NCBI GenBank assembly: GCA_016342325.1
Contig: JAEINR010000003.1
Span: 35,106 to 99,105 of the forward strand
DNA: 64,000 nucleotides
Reading direction: 5' to 3'
Source of the DNA: Desulfobacterium sp.
GTDB lineage: Bacteria; Desulfobacterota; Desulfobacteria; Desulfobacterales; Desulfobacteraceae
Made by a program: the position numbers and the translations under genes. Below the pieces are notes generated by a model. That model was not told where the DNA came from. It made no database searches and worked only from the letters and a program-made list of their open reading frames with translations. Below, in pieces: positions 21,965 through 30,900 of the stretch; position 1 is the first letter of the stretch; each line of letters starts with the position of its first letter.

Positions 21965-24900
21965 TCAGGCCGGGGAGGGAACGCCATAGGTGACCCTGTG
22001 GTCGATCCGGTCTTCCTGGGCCAGCTTGTTGAGCTTGACCATCTTAAAGTCGATGACCTCTACAAAGAGGTTGCCCTCCTTGTCCACAAGCTGGAGCTGG
22101 TAGGTGTTGGTTTCCTTATCAGAGGCGGTCTTTGTGGTCAGGCAGTAGTACTCCTGGTCCTTTTCCGGCTTCTGGTAAAACTTCATGGTCTTGATGTCAT
22201 AGGGCAGCACTGTCTGGGACGAGGTAAAGAACTCGAATAAACCGCCTGTCTGGAACATGGCATCCACCAACACCACTGGGGACTGGAGGTTGGGCTCGGT
22301 CACGCCCGTGAAGAACTCCTTTTGGCTGGCATCTTTGACCGTGGTCACCAGGGTGGTTTCGTCAAAGGAGTTGACGTCCGTGATGGTGTTGAACAGTCCG
22401 TCCATGAACAGTCGTCTTGGGTGGTATACGATCTCCCCAAGCGTGCCGTCCACCTTGACCGGGTTGAACTCGGGGAGTTCCACACGCTTGTTCCCAAGCG
22501 GGGACTCCTGGAACTTGAGGGTTCCCTGGTAGTGGCGGGTGGGATCCCCCATCACCACACCCTTGGGGTTCTTGAACCGGGAGGTGATGGTGCAGTCGAA
22601 CAGCCCGTCTGCCTTGCGGTTACCCGTGACTTCCAGTTCCTTTGGCCGTCCCTTGAGGATCTTAATGCCGTAGGGGATGGAAAAGTCGGAGAGTTCCGTA
22701 AGCATCTCCTGGTCCCCGGCAAGGGCGGTTGCCGCTTCGGCCAGGGTTTCAATGCCCGTGGCCCCGAGAAACACCGGCACATCTTCCATGGCGTGGTCCA
22801 GGAGGAACAGATCCCGCTTCAGATCCAGGGTCCTTCTGAACTCGATCCTTGCGTCATCCTTTGACACCATGTCATCGAGGAAGGGGAAGGCTGGGTTGTT
22901 GGGCTCGCCCAGGAGACCGTCCCGGTCAAAGCTGTAGTCAAGGCCTGAGATAATCACTTCTACCTCGGTTCTGTCCAGAAGATCCGCCATAAAGAACCCG
23001 ATGCCCTGGTCCAGGGGCAGGAATTCGAGCCCCCGCTCTTTTAGTACCGTGATCACCGTGGGGTTGGTGGCCATGCCCGCGCCTGACCAGGCAGTCCAGT
23101 CATATACCTTGAAGTTTCGTTCTGGGAAGAGTTGCTGCTGCCGTAGCGCCATCTTGGCGATGAGGTCGTTGGCCGCAGTATAGTCTGCCTGGCCTTCGTT
23201 GCCGAATCGTGCCGTCACCGAAGAGAAGGTGCAGAAGAAACCATACTCCCTGGATGCCATGGCTGACAGGAGGTTGAGCATTCCCTTGACCTTGACATCC
23301 ACCACCCGCTGGAAGGCGTTGAGCTCTTTCTTGGGGATGAACTGGCTCATCTCAAGGCCGGCTGCGTGGATGACACCGTGGATGGTGTCATGGCTTGCCA
23401 CGGCCTTGTTGACCGCATCCGGGTCAGTCACGTCGGCGGCATGGTAGGTCACATGGACCCCCAGGGATCTTAAGGCGTCGATGTTGGCTGCGGATTCCCG
23501 CATGTTCACGATCCTGTCCACCCGTTTGCGGATCTCCAGGGGACGGCCCTTGGGCATCTCTTTCTTGACCAGGGCCATGATGCCGGCTTGGTCGAGATCC
23601 GTTGCCAGGAAGGCATCGTCCATACCGAAGATGTCGCTGCTGCCCAGGATTACAAGATCGGTTTTATAGGTTTTGACGACCTGTTTGAGGATCTCAAAGG
23701 TGATGCCCCTTGCGCCGCCGGTGACAAGCAGGGTGGTGTTTTTTTCGATCATGGGTGCCTTTGTTTCCGGCACCTGCTGATCCATGGTCAGGACATACCG
23801 TTTTCCGTCCCTGTATCCCACTTCGCACCGGTCACAGTCCGAGCTCAGCTCGTCTATGAAGGTGGCAATGGTTTTTTCCACGTCTGCTCCATGGGACTCG
23901 GCCGTGAAATCAACGATCTTGACCCGGGTTTGGGCCATCTCCTTGGTCACGGTCTTCAGCAGGCCGGACAGGCCTGCAAAGCCCGGATGGATCCTGCCGC
24001 AATTCTTGCCGTAGGGAAAGACAATGGAGTCAAACCCCAGGCTTGCGATGAGGGAGCCTGGCTGGCCGAGCTTGTCATACAGCCCCTTTATGAGGACAAA
24101 CATGGATGTGACGGCGGTGTTGACATAGGTAGCATCCATTGCCGTGTCGGAAAAGTAGTGGTCCAGATGGGCAAAGTGGAGAAGACCGTTGATCTTTTTG
24201 TGCCGGGTCTTCAACTGCTTGACGCAGGCTTCGACGCTGGCCGTATCGCCCAGGTTCACCGTGGTGTCGGCTTTTTTTCCGGCACCGAGGGTGATCACCT
24301 TTCCTTTTTGGGCCTTGATGGCCTGGATCGCCGTGTCGGCAAATCCGTGGCTGTCAAGGGTGACCACAAAGGTCTTGTTGCTGAAGGGGTTGGCCTTGGG
24401 TTCGGCAACCGGGGTTTCTTTTATCCCCATCACCATGCGTTTGACCAGGGAGAGGGGATCGGCTGCTGCCGGGGTATTCACTGGGTTCTCAACCGGTGCG
24501 ATCGGTGCGACCGGTGCGGATTTTCCGTTCTTTGGGGCGGGTGCGCCGGTATCCAGCCTGCCTGCGATATAGTGGGCAAGCTTTGCGGCGGTGTTGAGAT
24601 CCCTGAGTTTCAGATCCTCGGGCACCGTGAGTCCGAACTTGGCAGAGACCTTTGCAAAGATCTCCACCTGTTTTACCGTGTCAATGCCCAGATCCGCCTC
24701 AAGGTCGAGATCTGCATCCAGCATGTCGGTGGTGTAGCCGGTCTGCTCGGCAATGATCTCCTGGATGGTGGTCACAGGGCCTGCCGGCTCATAGGTCCCT
24801 TTCTCTTTCGAGTTTTTTTTGTCACCGCCACCCTTGGGCGGGGTGTCGTTGTCGTCCGGTCCTGCCATGGTGTCCAGGTAGTCGGCAAGCTTCGCAATGG

Positions 24901-27900
24901 TGTTGAGATCCCGAAGTTTCAGGTCTTCAGGCACGGTCAGCCCGAAATGGGTGGACGCCTTTGCAAAGATCTCCACCTGTTTCACCGTGTCGATGCCCAG
25001 ATCCGCCTCAAGGTCGAGATCCGCCTCTAACATGTCGGTGGTGTACCCGGTCTGCTCGGCAATGATCTCCTTTACCGTGTCCATGGTCTTGGAACCCGCT
25101 GGTGGGGCCGCTGGAACAACCGGAGCAGCTGCTGGTGCGGTTGGGGTGTCGCTTGTGGTCACCGTGGTGCTGAAGTAGGCACCCAGCTTGGCAATGGTGT
25201 TGAGATCTCTTAACTTCAGGTCTTCAGGCACGGCCAGTCCGAAATGGGTGGCCGCCTTTGCAAAGATCTCCACCTGTTTTACCGTGTCAATGCCCAGATC
25301 CGCCTCAAGATCGAGATCGTCCTCGAGCATGTCGGTGGTGTACCCGGTCTGCTCTGCAATGATCTGTTTGATGGCGTCATCCATTGCGGCATCGCCAGCG
25401 CCATCGTCGGCACCAGGGGCGTCTTTCGCAATGGCCGTCACGCCGGCCTTCTGGCCCACGTAGGCTGCAAGCTTTGCAATGGTGTTGAGATCCCGGAGTT
25501 TCAGGTCCTCGGGCACGGAAAAACCGAACTTACCTGCTGTCCTTGCAAAGATCTCCACCTGTTTTACCGTGTCAATGCCCAGATCCGCCTCAAGGTCGAG
25601 ATCGTCCTCAAGCATGTCGGTGGTGTAACCGGTCTGCTCGGCAATGATCTCCTTGATGATGGAAAGGGGCCCTGGTCCGGCTTGGCTCGGTAGGGCCGGT
25701 GCTGCCAGGGGAGGCGCAATGGCTTCCACCTGGGGTGCTGTAACTTCCAGGACCTTGGGAACCGGGTTTGTCTCGCCATCCACCACACAGAGGGTGTTGT
25801 CGATGATCTTGAGCTCCGGGGTGTCGGTTTCGCTGATACGCTGGAGCCATCCAAGGTAAGCCGCGTTGTTCTCAAATTCATTCTCCTGGATGCGTTTGAT
25901 GAACACAAAGGCAAAATGGGATCCGAATCCCGCGGCCAGGTGAAGCCCGTATTCGGCATCAATGGCGCCGGTGTTGGTGAAGTTGAGATCCTTGAAGTGA
26001 TCGGGTATGTTCTTCAGGTTGGCAATGGGCGGGGCCTTGCGCTTCTGAAGGGCCTTGACCAGCACCACATCCTCCACCGCAGCCCCCAGGGTATGACCGG
26101 TGAAGCCCTTGGTGTTGGAGATGGCGACCTTGCTCAGATGGTCCTTGAAGGTGGTCCTGAGGGCCGTTACCTCGGCATCGGCACTGCCGCCCCTGGCCGG
26201 GGTGTAGGTCTCGTGGGACATGAACAACAGCTTGTCCGCATAGTCCTCAACCTTGAGGCCGTGGCGCTTTTCCACGATATCGACGAATCGCTTCATCTCG
26301 TGGGACATGTGGGGCACGTCGATGTTAAAGGTGTGATAGGCGCTGTTGGCCATGTGGGTTCCCAGGATCTCGGCCTGGCCGTTCATTCCCCTGGCCTTGA
26401 CCGTTGACTCCCGCTCCACGATGAGGCCCACGGCCCCGCTGCCGAGGATGGTGCCGTTGCGCTCCGCATCAAAGGGTTTGGCTGCCTCGGAGACCCGTTT
26501 CTTTACGGTGGCGGCACCCAGGGCAAGAAAGCCCGTGCCCACCCACTGGTTCTGGGCCGATGAGGTGGCGTTCTCGCCGCCTACTACGATGACCCGCTTG
26601 CAGCGGCCCACCCGGATCCAGTCCTCGGCAATGCCCATGGCCTGGGTGGTGGATGCGCAGGCGCTGGATACCAGGGTGTTGGGTCCCTTAGCCCGGATGA
26701 TCTGGGCAAGGTGGGCCGCCCCCAGGGGACAGTGGTTGGAAAGGAAGTTCCGGTCAAACTTGTAGGGCCCGAGATCACTTCGTTTCCGTGACTTGATCTT
26801 GAAGAACCAGTCGGTGATCTCCTCCTTGACGGCAATGTCCTGGATTTTTTCCATGAGGTAGTAGTAGATGTTCTCAAATTCCTCATAGGGTTTCAGGTAG
26901 AGCCGGTCGTAGAGGTATTTTTCCATCTCGTTGATCAAGGTCTCGCTGTTGGGAAAGAGCGATGTGATGATAACGCCGGTATCGTCCTGCATCTCCTTGG
27001 GCAGGGCAAATCCGTCCGGGATCATCCGGGTGCCGGTGGAGGCCTTTTTATACTGCATCACAAGGGGGATGCCAGCATCCTTGAGGGCTTCGATACCTGC
27101 AGCAACGGCCAGGGACATGCTGATGTCGTACTGGGCCTTGATGCCGTACTCGTCGGTGAGGTCAAAGTAGCCCAGCTGGCCTGCAAGGTGGATCACATCC
27201 TCGGTGCGGGTGATCTCCACGAACCGTGCATTGCCGTCGGGCTGTTTAAAGAGCCGGGTGATGTTCTTGTCCGTGATTCGCTTCTGGTCTTCCAGATCCA
27301 GGGGCTCGATAAAGTTGGTCCCGGCGAGGATCTGGTCGAAGTTGTCCGCGGCAAAAACCCGCTTTGCCTTGCCAGGAAGTCCCACGGACACGCCTGAGAT
27401 CACGATGGGTTCGGTGGTGAAGTCAAACCGTTCCACGGCCTCGATGGCGGTGTTTCGCTTTTGGCGAAGGAACTCGTCATGGAGAAGCTTGTCCGTGATA
27501 TCCTGGTTCTTCATCTTAAATGCGGCAAAATCATCATCCGTGGAAATCCGGGTCGATTTTTCATCCCGTGCAAGGACAGCTACCGTGGAGGGTGCATTCG
27601 TGGTCTCTGGCAGGGCGGGTTTTCTCGTGAAGATGCTGTTGAATGATTTAAGATGGTTGCGGCACTCCTTAAAGCTTTCCACCTCGCCTTTTTTGGCATC
27701 AACGGTGACGGCCGTCTGGTACTCGGCAATGTTGATGTTCTTCAAAAGGTTGGTGAGCAGCCGGGACGGGCCGATCTCGATGAAGTGGGTCTTGCCTGCG
27801 GAATAGACAGACTCAATGGACCGGATGAACTCCACCGGGTTGGTGATCTGCTTTGCAAGGAGATCCTTGACCGCCCGCCGGTTCTCGGGGTAGGGCGTTG

Positions 27901-30900
27901 CCGTGACATTGGAGATCACCCGTCCGAAGCGGGTTTCGTTGAATGTGATGGTGTCAAGAAAGTCCCTCAGTTCCTGGGCCGCCTCGCTGAACAGCGGGGT
28001 GTGGAAGGCGCCTGAGAGGTTGAGCTTCTTGTACACCACATGGTTCTCGGACAGATAGGAGCAAAAGTTCTTGATGGCTTCGGCATTTCCCGAAACCGCG
28101 GTCTGGTTCTCGCTGTTCTTGTTGGTGATGTAGATGTCGGAAAGAAAGGACTTCCGGATGAAGCTGGCTGTCTCTTTTTCGTTCCTGAACACCACCATGA
28201 TCTTGCCCGGATGTTTCAGGCTTGCCTGCTTCATGAGCTCCGATCGTTTGATGATCAGCCGCATGGCAGGGTCAAAGTTGAGCATGCCGCTGCAGAAAAG
28301 GGCGGTGTACTCTCCGACACTGTGGCCGATGAAGAGATCCGGGCTGAATCCCTGGGCGCTGAGCCGCTCAAACAGGGCGGCCGACGACAGGAACACGGCC
28401 GGCTGGGTGTTTTCCGTGAGGTTCAGCCGTTCGTCATTTCCGAACATGATCTCAAGCAGGGAGTAGCCCCGCTCCTTGACAAAGATCGCCTCCCCCTGGT
28501 CCATGAAGGCCCGGATCACGGAATCCTTGTCATAGAGGTCCTTCATCATGCCGGGGCGCTGGGCGCCCTGGCCGGAAAGAAGGGCCACCATGCGTTGCTT
28601 TTTGCCGTCTCCGTCCGCCGAGTAGGAGACCGTGGTTTCTGTGGCAGGCGTCTGGAAGTTCTCCTGGGCCGCGGTGGAAACCGCTGTGCCGTTGAACTTT
28701 CGTTCCCCGGTCAGGGCGGCGGGCAGGGTGGTGATGAGCATGTGGCAGTGATTGCCGCCGATGCCGTTGACATTGGAGGCGATCTTCATGGGCCTGTTTT
28801 TGCCCACCGGGGTCAACCCGGCACAGTGCTTGAGGATCGTGCTGTCCTTCATGGTGGAGTTTTCTGCTGAATAGTTGAAATCCGGCAGCACGGTTCGTTT
28901 CTGGTTCATCAGTGCAAGCTTTGCCAGGGCAACGGCTGGGTTGGCCGCCTTGAAATAGCCGAACTGGGGCTTGACGTTTCCGCAATAGACCGGGTGGTTG
29001 AAGCATTTTTCCGCCACCTGTTTTTCGATCATGTCCCCAAGGACGTTGGAAAAGGCGAACAGGTCCAGGTGGTCGACATCCTTTTTCCGGGTGTTGTTTT
29101 TCTGGTAGCACTCGTTGATGGTTTTTACAAAGGTGGTTTCAGAGGGTGCCAGAAGGTGGTCCGGAGCACTGGACTTGATGGCGATCTGGTTGAGCTCAGC
29201 CAGGATGGTCATTCCGGCCTCTTTGGCCTTCTTATATGTGGTGAGCACGTGGATGGCAGCGCCCTCGCCCATGACGTAGCCGTCGGCCCGCTGGTCAAAG
29301 AAGTTGCACTCGTTATCCGACAAAAGGCCCAGGCGTTTGAAGGCCATGAGCACCGCAGGATAGAGATTGGCGTCCACGCCCCCTGCCAGGACATAGTCAA
29401 GGTCCTTGAACAACAGGTTCCTGGCCCCGTTTCTGAGGGCGATCACCGAAGACGCACAGGAGGCGTCCACCACATAGTTGGCGCCGTTAAGCCCAAAGTG
29501 GTTGGCGATCCTGCCCGAAATGATGTTGGACAAAAGTCCGGGGGTGGTGTCTTCGTTGTTCTCGGGAATCCGGGCGCGGATGGCGTCGATAAGTTCCCCT
29601 GCAACAGCGTCGGCCTTTCCTTCTGCCAATCCCTGGGTCTGTTGGATGATCTCCCTTACCAGGTTTTTCCTGACCCTGAGGATGTTCTTGTTCTGTCGCT
29701 CTCCAGGGATGGTGCCGAGGATGACCCCGGTACGGTTGCCCTCTGTAAGGTACTTGCCAAGGCCGGATGTTTCGATGGCCTCGTCTGCTGCATCCAGACC
29801 ATAGAGCTGGCCCGGCTCCAGGGAGCGAACCGTCTTCGGGGGGGTCCGGTATTTGGCGTTGTTGAACTTGAAATCCTTGATCACTCCCGCTTTTACCATG
29901 GGAAGGTGGTAGATGGATTTTTTGTCAAAGGCGGCATAGGCGTCGTTGGAAAAACGTTCCTCAGGGATGGGAGAAAGCTGTTTCTCTCCGGTTTCCAGGT
30001 GTTGCCAGAACTCCTGGGTGTTTTTTGCCCCGGGCATGCAGACACCGAGGCCGGCCACAACGATTCTGTCATCGTTGAAGTCGTAGTCCGTGTCCGTGAA
30101 GATGGTTCTTTCTACGGGGGTATAATCCTTGCGATACTCCTCCACAACCATGTGGTAGTTGATGCCTCCGAATCCGTAGGCGCTGATACCGGCCTTTCGG
30201 GTGGCGTTGTTCTCCGGCAGCCAGGGGCGTTGCTCTTCCAGGATGTAGAGGGCGCTGTCCGAGAGATCGTGGTTATGGGAGAGCTTCTCAAATTGGCCGT
30301 TGGGGGGCAGGATGCCGTTCTTGACCGCCATGATCGCCTTGGCTAGGCCTGCGGCCCCGGCGCCGCCCAGGAGATGGCCGATCTGGGACTTGACCGAACT
30401 GATGCCGGCCTTTGTATCTCCGTAGATCATCTTCAGGGTGCTGAGTTCTGCCTGGTCGCCCATGATGGTGCTGGTGCCGTGGGCCTCGATAAAGCCGATG
30501 TCAGCGGGGGTGATGTCTGATTTCATCTTTTCAAAGCAGCGTTCCAGGGCCAATGCCTGGCCCTGGATCTTGGGGGCGGCAATGGACTTGCCCTTGCCGT
30601 CGGAACTGGATCCGATGGCCTTGATCACGCCCAGGACGGTGTCACCGTCCCGGAGGGCATCCTTCATCCGCTTGAGAACAAAGGAGGCGGCACCCTCGCC
30701 CAGGACAAAGCCGTCGGCCCGCTCATCAAAGGGGTAGGACCCCTTGGCGGAAAGGGCGCCCATCTTGCAGAAGCCGACAAAGGATTCCGGTGTAAGGTGG
30801 GTGTTGACCCCGCCCACGATCACCTGGTCCACCTCGCCTGCGAGGAGTTCTCCCTGGGCCGCCTCAATGGCGGTGAAGGAGGAGGCGCAGGCAGCGTCAA

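Noticed and set aside
24677-25570. Ser-to-Thr change as a sequencing error
   Set aside because: ACG occurs at five separate loci whose neighbouring synonymous positions differ. Gene-conversion spread of one mutation remains possible.
24551-25665. CRISPR-like array
   Set aside because: Repeats are ~200-bp in-frame protein domains with coding linkers; no cas genes or short repeat-spacer arrays were seen in the window.
27700-28600. PKS using methylmalonyl-CoA from the downstream pathway
   Set aside because: The AT has GHSVG and GAFH, a malonyl-type signature rather than YASH; proximity alone is insufficient.
23588-30346. Long antisense ORFs (23588-25030, 28994-30346; likewise 39455-40738, 49332-50672, 52361-53785)
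   Set aside because: Shadow frames of GC3-biased genes with no recognisable motifs.
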